A DNA stretch of 60,243 bases, counting the filler, from Squatina squatina (Eukaryota): assembly GCA_031763465.1 (NCBI GenBank). It is 3 parts of 3 records of this genome, joined end to end, with 100 filler letters (N's around TTAATTAATTAA, not from the genome) between each part and the next. Parts side by side here need not be neighbours in the genome. Positions count along the whole stretch, not along the records: positions 1 to 26,113 come from JARFOE010000057.1; 2 more parts are not named here. One strand, 5' to 3'. Below, piece after piece: positions 14,157 through 26,213 of the stretch. The notes under the pieces were generated by a model. The model was not told the DNA's origin. It did no database searches and saw only the letters and a list, made by a program, of their open reading frames with translations. The translations under genes were made by a program, and so were the position numbers. Each line of letters starts with the position of its first letter. Position 1 is the first letter of the stretch.

Positions 14157-14837
14157 CACCCTCATGAGCTCTGCAGTGATGCCTCCAGGGGGGAGCAGCC
14201 AGACAATATTCACTAGGCTCTCACAGGAACAGCGGACACTCAAGTTACTGAATGGTTCTAGTGTTCAGTGAAACAATACCCCAGTAGTATAGTAGTGAAA
14301 CCATATCCCAGCAACATCAAGAAAGGAGGGGAGAACAATTGGGGGTCAGAGGGGAGGAGTACAAGGATACTGCTATGCTATATCCTTTACTTGAGATCAT
14401 AACCAATAATAACACTCATTCTAAGGCATGCCACATCGAATGTAAGCTTTAGAAAAAACATTTTACTGCGGAGAAAAATAATCTAAAACAATTAGAGGAA
14501 AGGGATTGCTGGGGACCAGCAGCTGAGCTATAAGTAGAAAAATCTGGGCAAGGGGCCCAGGAGCTGGATTTATTTCCTCATTTAAAAAAAATAGAGATTG
14601 GGGAAGCTGAGTCATTAATCTTACCAGCACAACTGGAATACGCTGCTGCATCTAAATAATATAAAAATATGGGAGCCCATTTGGTCTGATTTCAACCCGT
14701 GGTAGCACCGAACCGTGGTGCTACCCGGGCGCTAACGNNNNNNNNNNNNNNNNNNNNNNNNNNNNNNNNNNNNNNNNNNNNNNNNNNNNNNNNNNNNNNN
14801 NNNNNNNNNNNNNNNNNNNNNNNNNNNNNNNNNNNNN

Positions 14838-15343
14838 CACAAAACACAACTTCAATTCCAACGAACAAGTCCCCAGCTACCGATTCCCAGCTAGAGCGCC
14901 ACAGCCACCACATGCTCACAAGCCTTAACTGCACACGATTCTTTGCAGGCAGCACTGAAGAACTGACAAAGAATACCGAAACAGCAACTAAACTGAGAAG
15001 GGTACGTTCAGATCTTTACCCAAATTATAGAAGTCCCATCTTGCATTCATGTACTGCTAAATTGGGCAGAGACTTTAAAAACTTCAGCAAAGTGGTCAGC
15101 TCATCTGACAATGAGTGTTTGAGCAAAAAACTAACTCTTGAATCTAGCTTCGTTCCTCAGGCATCTGAGAGGAGTGAGGCACTACAAAATGATGCAAGTA
15201 GGGAGGAAATGGAAGCTCATGTGTGGGTGAAAAGGAACATCGGGGATGGCTCTCCAACCAAAGAACAGAGGCAACAGCAACCTCAGCACGACAACTTCAG
15301 AAGTGATCAGAAAAAAAAATCTCTTCGTGAAACTGCTGTATGA
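14838..15343 (+). CDS. probable terminal coding exon of an unidentified gene; C-terminus ETAV (class I PDZ-binding motif)
   Basis: About 167 stop-free codons from a gap to TGA in non-repetitive sequence, followed by AT-rich UTR-like DNA. No family recognised. Confidence 0.5.
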
Positions 15344-15812
15344 CTTTTTGAAATTTCCCATTCAGTGGACACTTCCAAAAAGAAGTTACTTCAACACTTT
15401 TGAGTTCATTATTTCATGTTAGTTGTTACACATATTTAAACGTTCTGTAAACTGTAGTACTGGACTGCATTAACTAATCTCCAATTTGGCTCTTATTTGC
15501 CCTTTTATGAAATACTACAGACCCCTCCTGATAGATATTTAAATGTTACTTCCTGTTTCTACTGGTAGTTGTGTCTCTGTGCAGAAGCTTAGCTTTAGCA
15601 AAACTTGAATTCCTATATTTTTATGCATTTATACTTTATTTAAAATAAGCACAAATCTTTTTCAGTCTGTCTTGTGCTAAGGCCTTGAACTGTTAACACT
15701 TAAAGGAATGTCCAGGCCCTTTGGGATTGCAGGAACGAGAGCGTTTAGACCGAGGAAAGAAAGTTTGATCCCTGAACCCTGCTCTTTCCGCACACACTGT
15801 ACAATCTGTTCT

Positions 15813-15988
15813 ATCAATGACTCCACCCTCATTCCCCGGACCTAGATCCAGCAATGCCTCCTCCCCGATTCCCCAGAACCAGATCCAGCAATGCCTCCTT
15901 TCGCATTCCCGAGACCCAGATCCAGCAATGCCTCCTCCCTCATTCCCCAGAACCAGATCCAGCAATGCCTCCTCCCTCATTCCCCAGA
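15813..15988 (-). repeat. 37-bp tandem repeat derived from the CR1 endonuclease motif (REEALLDLVLGNE)
   Basis: GATCCAGCAATG recurs at ~15845, 15882, 15919 and 15956. Minus-strand translation resembles the CR1 APE 'ALLDLVL' motif. Confidence 0.75.
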
Positions 15989-18900
15989 NNNNNNNNNNNN
16001 NNNNNNNNNNNNNNNNNNNNNNNNNNNNNNNNNNNNNNNNNNNNNNNNNNNNNNNNNNNNNNNNNNNNNNNNNNNNNNNNNNNNNNNNCTGCCAATTTTT
16101 TGAGAGCGGGGAAACATTAGCACCTGGCATTAAGCTTCATGGCTTTCAAAAGTTACTGCCCCCAAACGGGGCGATAATGAATTTCTCTGCCTAATTTTTC
16201 CTTTTCTGTAAGGCTCGGTAACACACCATGCAGTACCTTCACATGCTAAGCCACTGAATAATAGCAAAAGGAGGCATGATGAGAACCATTTAAGGATGTG
16301 TGCAGAATGAAAGCAGGTTAGCTAAGTTGGAGAGAGGGAACATGAAAACCTGGCAAAGCGGAGCAAGCTCCAGTGGCCCAGGAGACCAATGGAAGAAAAA
16401 GGCAAGTCAATACATGGGTGCAGACCACCTTGGTCTACCAATGGGGAATCCCCATCCCAAGAGCCCACCTGTTCCATCCCCCAGCCCTGGAAGTGCTGGC
16501 ACACCCACTCCACTTTACAAGCAGCTACTATCAGAGAGAAAATGGGAGCTGTGCTTCAGCTTTGAAGTTGTTAAGGTTACTGAAACATTAAATCCGCTTC
16601 TCTCGACAGATGCTGTGCTTGACTTGCTGAGTGTTTCCAGTATTTTCTGTTGTTTCAGATTCCCATCTATTTATTTTAAGTATTTAATGTCACTATTTGC
16701 ATGTATATTATTCAGAGTGAGTGAATNNNNNNNNNNNNNNNNNNNNNNNNNNNNNNNNNNNNNNNNNNNNNNNNNNNNNNNNNNNNNNNNNNNNNNNNNN
16801 NNNNNNNNNNNNNNNNNNNNNNNNNNCTGTCCAATTTATAGTGGTCAATTTCTGCCTCATCTCTCCAAAGTTAGCCTTACCTATATTTGAAACCTTTACA
16901 ATATCAGCTCATATGAGAACTAGGAAGAAAATTTGGTTGGTCAACAGTTTAGTTGGAATGGGATCAAGGGGGCAGGAAGCGGGTACCATGGACAAGGTGA
17001 GCTCAGAGAAGACATGAAGGAGATAGAAGAAAAGCTAGAAAGAGACGTAGGTTCATGGCTAGGGCAAGGGGAGCCTGGAGGTGGTTTGGCTTGGTGGGCA
17101 AGGGAATGGAGGGAGGGGTAGAAGCAGCTGAGCTAGCGGTACGGAAGGTCTCGATCTTAGTAACACAGAAGCCAGCGAGTGCCTCAATTTGTTGTGGGAG
17201 GGGAGATGCCAGGGAAGAGGGGTATAAGGAGATGGCTGGTTATGGAGAAAAGAATTCAGAAGGTATCTTCGCTTTTCTGGATGACCTTGCTGTAATGTGT
17301 GGTTTTGGCAGAGGAGAGTGAGGACCAATAGCATTTGATGCGGTCCAGCTAAATCTGATGGATGGCTAAAACAAAGATGTGCATTAGACAGGGGAACAAC
17401 GCCTTGGGAGGGAATAAAGTTCTTGCTGGGGGCAAGGGCATCAAATGTGGAGGTAAGGAGGTGGTTGCAAAAGTATCTTGACCAATGGAGGGTCAACAGT
17501 CAGACAGTTAGGAGTTTGAAAGTGCAGTTGTAAGTAACTTGAGGGAGAGATTTTTTTCCATGGGGGAAACAGGAGGAAGTGGGGTTGGAAGGTGCAAGTG
17601 GTAAGAATGCAAGGAAATTGTCAAAAATGGCCTTGTCTGTGATTAAGACCATGGGAATAGAGAGCGACCCCCAGATAGACACGCAAACTGGATTTCCATC
17701 AATCCTCTACCAATGTTACAGCGGATGATCGGCAAAACCCCCAGGGAAATAGCCGGCATAAGTAATTTACATCAAAGTGTCCAGCTAGAGAGAACTACAC
17801 GTCTGCTGTTGTCTCGACTCTGGTAGTATGACATTCTCTCTAAATTGCAGTCCATTTTTGAGGTCATTTGATTATGTTTTATTTAAGTCCAGAGTTTCTA
17901 ATCTTTAAAAAGGAAGAATTTCTGGGCACCATGTTGAAATATAATTTGTAAAAGATCTAAATGTCACTGACTCACATCAGAAGAAAGGTCATCTCACTGA
18001 AGGACGAGGGTATTAATGGCAAGTAATTCAGAGCTGCCTGATTCATTGAACTACCATTTAAGAAGTCTGCCATACAAAAGAACAATCTAATAGTGCCAAA
18101 TTATTTCAGCTCAGTGTGCTTTGTCCCTAATTAAAGGCTCTGGGCATGTTACAGTCGGACGGTCTTGCGTCCCCTTAGCGTAACTCATTCACAATAGATG
18201 TTAAAGAACAAACAAGGTCATCTATTGGAGTGAAAGTACTGAAACCCTTATCTTCCATCAATGGGGCTTGATAAGTACAAGTTAATACATAAAATGGACA
18301 AATATAAATTCAACGACCTCTTATAATACAGATGAAAGTAGGGAAATACAGCAGTCTATCTTCAGTGATACCACTGACTGAATTAAAAAGAAAGTTCACA
18401 AAATCCATCTTAAAAAAATTCAGTCCTGTATTTTATCATTACCACCAGTCATAGGGAGGCAAATTCCTATTTTTGTGTCTTCCCTTTTTTATATTCTTCT
18501 GTCACTTTTGTTCCATCTTCTACAATCAGTTATCGTCAGCAGATACCTCCCCTTGTGCATTTCACAGTGTCCATTCTGAAAGTGGCTACGTGTGTGTGTC
18601 TGGGAACAGGGAAGAGAGGTTCTATCGACATGTTCTTCACATTAATAAAAAAAGACAGCATTTGTATGTAGTCCACTTGATACCTCAGAGGTATCTGCTG
18701 CTAACGCACTTACTTCTCAACCTGAAAATCCCCGATACAGACCCTGAAAATCAAGGACAAATGACCAAAACGATACGTTATTTTACTATGTGTAACTTTG
18801 TGAATATTCAAGAAACCACTAGGAAGAATACCTCTGTTCAGTACCAATTAGCANNNNNNNNNNNNNNNNNNNNNNNNNNNNNNNNNNNNNNNNNNNNNNN

Positions 18901-19379
18901 NNNNNNNNNNNNNNNNNNNNNNNNNNNNNNNNNNNNNNNNNNNNNNNNNNNNNGGAAATGTTATGAAAGAAAAAATAGCAAGACTGATGTCCAGGGATTT
19001 ACAATGAAAAGAGCAGTTTTTATTTATTATAGTGTGGTACAAAGAAACAGGAAATATTTCTGAAGTTAAATTCGTGCATCTCATTGAGGATAAAGAAGAT
19101 TTGACAAGTCCTGGTGGGAATTAACCCCATTTATCCCTTCATCCCCATGAACTAAAGCCCATCAGTAATAATTATAAACAGCAGGCAGGAACCTCAAAGT
19201 AAAGGAATCAATCTGAAAGCCTGGTGCACTACTGTCCATAAAGTAAAGTAATAGACATTGAAACTTCTCATTTATACAGTATCTCACTGCAGTGACAACT
19301 ATTCATTCATAAATATCACTCTACACCTAACTACCATGGCAACAAATGCTTCTCTAATGGAATATTCCAGGTTGAAGAG

Positions 19380-19745
19380 AAACTTGTATTTGCATAGCGC
19401 CTTTCATGGCCTCAGAATGTCCCAAAGCATTTACAGGCAATTAAGTACTTTTGAAGTGTTGTCACTGATGTAATTTAGGAAATGTGGTAGCTAATTTCCA
19501 CACAACAGAGACCCACATCTGGATAATGACAGATCAGCTGTTTTTGTTTGGAGATGGTTGAGGGATAAATAGTCAGAGAGACCTCTCCTGCCCTTCTTCA
19601 TAATAGTGCCATGGGATCTTTTACATCCACCTCCGACAGTACAGCAGTCCTTCACCGCTGCACTGAAGTATCAGCCTAGATTATGTGCTCAACTTTCTGG
19701 AGTGGGGCTTGAACCCACAACCTTTTTACTCAAAGGCGAGAGTTC
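19380..19745 (-). mobile_element. DeuSINE (SacSINE1/AmnSINE1-like)
   Basis: Reverse strand shows a tRNA-like head (ggttcaagcccc), the Deu core GGTGGATGTAAAAGATCCCATGGCACTATT and a tail AAAGGCGCTATGCAAATACAAGT. Confidence 0.75.
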
Positions 19746-21405
19746 CAACAAGAGTAAGCAGAACAGGAGAACATGAAAGAAAACTGGAGGGGAGATATGT
19801 CATAAGATCAGGATTAAACAACCTCTGAAATCCTAGAAATATAGATGTTGTTTTTCCCTGTTGATGTGATACTGCTCCAGCCAATTGCTTAAAGCAACGG
19901 AATCTCTTTTAAAATCTAGATAGCTAACAGCTCAAGAAATGATTTCCTCCCAAACTGTTAAAGTGGATGGCGTGTGACCATATATAGCAGCAAGGGAATT
20001 CCATTGTTTTTCCACTACCCAGAGTGTTTCCAGACAGTTGGATTAATAACACAAAGAATGCTGGTGCTTCCTACAAAGCTGGAACTAGGAAAAGGCAATC
20101 AGCGGAGGGTGGGAGGATATCCGTGGCCCAGCCAACTGCAATGAAACAGCATTTTAATTGATCCCAGCTGCTTGTGAGATGAAAGCCATTCTGGCAGCTT
20201 TAGTCACATGTCCCCTGGGAAGCTGGTCGCTGAGTACTGGGCTGTGTATCTCTGCTCCCGCCTTGCCATTTGCTGGTGAGATTGGAGGGAGGGAGAGAGA
20301 AAACNNNNNNNNNNNNNNNNNNNNNNNNNNNNNNNNNNNNNNNNNNNNNNNNNNNNNNNNNNNNNNNNNNNNNNNNNNNNNNNNNNNNNNNNNNNNNNNN
20401 NNNNATACCACTTGAAAGGCGATGTGTGTAGTTGAGTAAAGTGGGACATTTCCTCTGGGGGTTAATTGTGCTGCTCCAAGTCTCCTTCAATTGAACATTA
20501 TGGAAGTGTAGTGATTAACTCCAGAAAGCCATCCAAAGCTTGTTTAGTGGCTTAAGTTAGCAGAAGCAACATTCCTTGGTTGCGCTGAGGAAATCAGGAT
20601 GCTTGAACCTTTGAGTGACAGAGAGTACCTTACATTTTTATAGAGAACTATAGTGAGAGACCGTGAGAACATTCCATTCACCATCCCTGAGGAGTAGACA
20701 CACTGCGTAAAGGGGCAGTGTTTATGGTCTAGTTAAACAATCAGAGAACACATCAGGGAAGAGAACACACAAGCATGTTGCCCCTGGGATACAAAACATT
20801 TCAATTGGCACATAGCCTACATGAAGCAATTATTATTCACATGTTGTGTGTTAGAACAAGTGCCAAAGTTATTTTGATCTTCTGTTTCCTGTTACTCTTC
20901 ATTGTGCGTTGTTATCGGATTTGGACTAATGGATCTGGAATGTCTAAAAATAAATTAGTAAGAAGTAAACTCTGAAATTTTCATTTCTACAGTTTATACT
21001 TATTCCTTCTCAGTTTTTTAAGTTTCGGGAGCTCTATTCACGACCTGCCTTAGTACGTATGGCCTGTCACTTTATTTTTCTGTAGACTCAGACAAAAAGG
21101 CAATAACCGTTGTGACATAGGTAAAGGATGAGAAAATGCCTTTGAACTGATCCAACCACTGTTCTAACCCTCCCAGCCGAGCATTCAGCTGCATGTTGAA
21201 CACTCATATAAGTCTACATCTTCACTACCCTCCCTGGAAGAACATTTGAAACATTTATCACTCTTTACATGAAGACATTTTGTGATGCCTCTGAAAATTT
21301 AAACANNNNNNNNNNNNNNNNNNNNNNNNNNNNNNNNNNNNNNNNNNNNNNNNNNNNNNNNNNNNNNNNNNNNNNNNNNNNNNNNNNNNNNNNNNNNNNN
21401 NNNNN

Positions 21406-22105
21406 CAAAGAAGGCCATGTACAGAGGTTGATGCTGCTCTCTGCACTTTTCTTGGATTTGCTGCGCGCTGAAAATCATGTCCGTTGTGCCTCCTGATGGG
21501 CGGAATCCGCATTGAGTCGGAGGAGCTCTTCAGCCACTGGAAGGAGACGGATGAGGTGGATTCTTGCGATGACCCTCCCTGTGGTGGACAGCAGGGAGAC
21601 CCCTCTAGTTTCCACAATCGGACTTGTCTCCTTTCTTGAAGATAGTCACGATTGTGGCATCTCCGATCTCCTGGCATGCTCTCCTCCTCCCAGATGAAGG
21701 AGATGAGGTCATGAGTTCGTACCATGAGTGACTCTCCACCGTATTTCAGCATTTCGGCAGGGATTCCATCTGCGCTGGAGGCCTTGTTGTTTTTCAGCTG
21801 CCACATGGCGTTTTCAACTTTGTGTAGGGCAGGGGTTGTGTTGAGATAGTGGCGGGAAGGATGCTGTGGGATGGAATCGAGGGCTCGGATGTTGAGGACC
21901 AAGTCTTGGTTGAGGAGTTCCTTGAAGTGCTCCTTCCAGTGACCACTAACTGCCTCTCTGTCCCTGATGAGCACGTTTCCGTTCTTAGCTCTCAACGGGG
22001 TAGGTCCTTGGGTGTTTGGGCCGTAGCTGGTCTTGACTGCGCTGAAGAATCCACGCATATCGTGGCTGTCGGTGAGTTGCTGGATATCCTGCGCTCTTTT
22101 GACCA
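21406..22105 (-). mobile_element. RTE-clade LINE ORF2 fragment, frameshifted
   Basis: GFFSAVKTSYGP...HWKEHFKELLN...KNNKASSADGIPAEMLKYGG; continues into RT motifs in shifted frames. Confidence 0.8.
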
Positions 22106-24029
22106 TGTATAGCAGCATTCAATATTAAATTTTACTTATTTATCGGCCTAAAACTGGACTTATATGACAATGATATATGCTGCAGGCTGCAATTACAACC
22201 AAACCCAGTTCTGTGTCACTGCTCCTCTGCCTGTGGTAAATTAGTCTTCCTGTATTTTTTTTTCAGTGTTTACCCTCCTTTCACAACGGCATTAACTCTT
22301 GCTGGAATCCAGTTCCATGGGGACTGACAGCACTCCCACACCTGGACAAAGTTGCCATTCTCCATGTACATGGCTAGGCAATGATTTTCAGGTTATTCAC
22401 CCACAGGGGCATCACAGTCAATCCCAATCTTGACCTTGCCTGATGTACATTATCTGTCTGATGCCATTAAATGGCAATTGGGAGTCAGAGACTCAGCCAA
22501 TGTTTCCTTTTCTTTCTTCAGGAGCTTGAAGGCCCAATGTAGCACTACAACCCTGCCTGAAATCAGGTAACTCAACTCAGACCAGGGAGTAGCTTTAGAA
22601 TTATCCTGATCTTTATGGCTGAGCAACTCATAGGATGAGCTTGTTAAGCTACTGGGGAATATGTCCCAGAAAGACTTGATGTTAATTGAATGTGCTTGAT
22701 CTCACTCATCATTTCTATTAAATTGGCAGTGCAAGTCATGCCCCCTCAGTGTTAGATCACAATGATTATTGGAGATTACTGAGAGCAAGCAATTCGCCAC
22801 TGATAATGATTGACAGTCCACTGATTCCCAGTCAGTGCACATGACAACTGAGATTTCTGCTCCTCACCTCGCCTTTAATTATCCCCTCCACTTCGACTAG
22901 GGTTCAGTGAATCCAATTAAGTTGTCTCAAACTGAGACCTGAAGCCACCAAAGGAAATCATGTTAAACCTACAGAAATGCAGCTGTCAACACCATTCCAT
23001 TCTACAACCTATTGTACAGCAAGCACTCAATAGATAAGACCACTGTAGCGTTCAACCAAATCCCCATGTAAATAAAATAAAATACACTTCATTGTTGAAG
23101 TAGAACATTCACATGCAGATAATAGTCAGATTAATTAGGAATAATTATGGAAGAAGTGAGGACATGGAGACAAGGAGAGCTGTGATTGGTTTTCAGAGGC
23201 AATTATCCTGAATGTGAGAGCCTTTCGCTGACTTAGTTTGCAGGAGTGTCCTGGATGAACAGGGCACGTATAGTTTTGGACAACATTCCCGTTTTTAGCC
23301 ATTTGCTGTTCATTTTCCCCACCCTTCTTGAATTTTTTTCTATGACTTTGCCCAATACATTGTCAGATCCTCTCTCAGGTCAAGGGAATAGAAAATAAAT
23401 GACCAAAACCCCCCTCTGTTCTGGCCCCTTTTTTTCTGGGTCCAAGTTCAGTGAAATGAGCACTTTAAGGTTGGGGTAAGATGTTTTACCACATTTCCAA
23501 CCACATTACAGCAATGCCTGGCAGGGAATTTTATAACACTTATTTTCAACTCCTGTCTCAGGAGAGTGAACTTCTGGTCTCACTTTTCCCCTTTACACTG
23601 TGCTGTCAGGGGCCGATCTCTGTAGGATGGCTGGGCTGCAGTGAGGGCCTGTTGCTACAGTGTACCAATGCATAGCATCAGTTCGCTCATAGACCTACAT
23701 TTCTCTGCAAATCAAGTTGATTTCACATAGAAGTGAACACAATGAAAGGAAAACGATGTGTTTGCCTCCCAGCAGTATTCCTCAAATATAAAAAATGTTC
23801 CATCTGATTAATTCTATGTGAATCCTCTGGGCTCTTCCAGGAAAATCCAACAGATTAATTTTAACCTTTAGACTGCTGCCAGGTCCAGGGAACAGTCTGT
23901 TTCTCTGGGACAGTTAGTTTTACATCATGCATGATATTGAGAAAAAGAAACGAGGGAAAAGTAAACAAACAGCTGCGGCTGTCTTACCACAAAATTAACC
24001 CTTGACAACTAAAATTAACACGGAAAACA

Positions 24030-24992
24030 CGGGCTCGAAAATGGGCGTGGGTATCACAATGCACGATTAGCCCACGCCCATTGAGTCCAATGCAGGCAGG
24101 ACGCAAACTTCGTGCTACCTGTTAATTTAAAATGATTGCAGTGGTAAGGAAGTGCTAAACGCGCTGTTCAGTGGCTCAGCACCTCGCCAGGGTGCCCAAG
24201 TTCACACGAGGTTAGCACCAATAAAGTTAACCAGCTCTTCTTAAAGGCAACCCCTTAAAGGGGAGGTGCATTCTGGCTTCAGCAGGTGGTGGAAGAGGCT
24301 GGCAAACAGATTGAGGAGCAAAAAAACTGAGTGATGGCGCAACATGGCACAGAGAGAGAGAGCTCCCAGATTTACAGACGCAGCACCGGAAGCCTTGGCG
24401 CATGAGGTGGACTGGAGAAGAGAGCTCCTCTATCCACAGTGGGCTAGTCAGTCCGGCAGACAAACTATGAGAAGGTATTCGGACCAGATAGCCATGTTGG
24501 TGAATGCAAGCATTGTAGCCCTGAGGACCTGGATCCAGTGCCACATGGAGTTTAATTACCTCACACAAGTGATAAAGGTCAGTGAATTCATCTTCAAATG
24601 CCAGATCTCAAAAACTGCACCACTAGCCTCGCACATTGCTCAATTCACCAAACCCCCATGTACTCGCCTACCAACAATATCTATCAATCACGATTCATAC
24701 CTCACATTCATATGCTCCATCTCACCCTCACACACTTACCACTGCTGCAAGCCTCACACCCACATTTCACAGCTTGTACTTGCTGCCAGCTATTCAATCA
24801 GGACAGGCACATCACCAAAACACACTTCTCTTTTACTTGCAGGACAAGGTGGCTCATAACTGGAGGCAGCATGAGCTACCCGCAGGGGGACAGGCACGCC
24901 TGCATCTCCTAACCCCCATGGAGGGAATGGCGATGGAGGTGACCATCACTGAGCCCGTGATCAGTGACGGGGCAGAAGCAACACAAGATACT
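24030..24992 (+). mobile_element. PIF/Harbinger element with spliced Myb/SANT-like ORF (exons 24344-24577 and 24843-~24990)
   Basis: MAQRERAPRFTD..LAHEV..RRELLYP...RTWIQC..EFNYL resembles the Myb_DNA-bind_5/MSANTD type. GT(cagt)...(ttgc)AG phase-0 intron; exon 2 reads DKVAHN...GGQARLHLLTPME. A GGGC-starting terminus lies at ~24031. Confidence 0.7.
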
Positions 24993-26039
24993 GGGCCTGA
25001 GATTGCGATCAGAGGCTTCCTGCGTGTGGGTGCCTCCAATTGCAATTTCCCTTACATACTTACCTAAGGGTCCTGGATCCACGCGACCTTGTGATATCCA
25101 GCCCCCCCGAGTTGGAGATTCGGAGCGGGGCTCTCTAGTTTCCCGGGCAAGTCAAACTGAAGAGGCTGGAGAGGTNNNNNNNNNNNNNNNNNNNNNNNNN
25201 NNNNNNNNNNNNNNNNNNNNNNNNNNNNNNNNNNNNNNNNNNNNNNNNNNNNNNNNNNNNNNNNNNNNNNNNNNNAAAAAAGTGTTTGATGTCATTCATA
25301 AATAACCATTGCCTTTTCATGCGTACAATATGGAATGCTCACATTTATCAATTCTAATTTTCTAGTTCCGTTTCATAAACCTTTTCCCCCTCTATCCTCC
25401 TATTTTTTGTATTGAATTTGCCGATGGAAATCTAAACTCAAGAATATATTACAATCTATCAAATCATACACGTTTTTTGGTAATTGTGAAATTGTTTTTT
25501 TTTTAACCAAGCTCCAACTAATTCAAGTGGACTTGAATTCAGAGTACTAAACTCTCCACAACTGCCAGTCAATTGCTTTCTTTGTCTAAGAAACCATTAA
25601 GGTGGCTAGAAATGGAACACAGGCACAGCAGAAGGAAGGTACATGTCTGAAGCAGAAGCTAAGGCCATTTGTTGGGACAGAGTAGAGGAAGCTTTACCGT
25701 GCATCTAATCTGTATTGGAGTCGATTTAGGAATACTTGATCTGATACTACATGTCAGAAAAATAATGTTCCAGTTCAGAGTACTAACATCCCTCAAAAAT
25801 ATATAAATTAATAAATAAATACACTTTACTGTAGTGTGCAGTGATTTTTATTTCCAGTACAAGAAAATAAACCTATTTTGACATGGTCAAAAGAACAAAG
25901 TGCTAGGAAATGTGCCAAATAAAATGTCAAAAGTAAAAATGTCCAAAAGGGGAGTCAAGCATGGTCCCATACTCTGGCAGAAAATGAACCTCAAAGCTTC
26001 AGTGCTCACATCTCCCTCAGTAATCTCCAAATCCACCAT

Positions 26040-26113
26040 TGAACATAGAACATAGAAAATACAGCACATAACAGGCCCTTCGGCCCACGATGTTGTGCCG
26101 AACCTTTGTCCCA
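26040..26113 (-). mobile_element. CR1 LINE 3' terminus
   Basis: (GAACATA)n tail followed by ACAGGCCCTTCGGCCCAC. Confidence 0.7.
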
Positions 26114-26213
26114 NNNNNNNNNNNNNNNNNNNNNNNNNNNNNNNNNNNNNNNNNNNNTTAATTAATTAANNNNNNNNNNNNNNNNNNNNNNNNNNNNNNN
26201 NNNNNNNNNNNNN
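26114..26213. other. artificial scaffold linker N44-TTAATTAATTAA-N44
   Basis: Palindromic 12-mer giving stops in all six frames, centred in exactly 100 nt. Confidence 0.97.

Noticed and set aside
26158-26169. TTAATTAATTAA palindrome as a biological site (also 40679-40690)
   Set aside because: It is symmetrically embedded in exactly 44+44 Ns, which marks it as a six-frame stop spacer.
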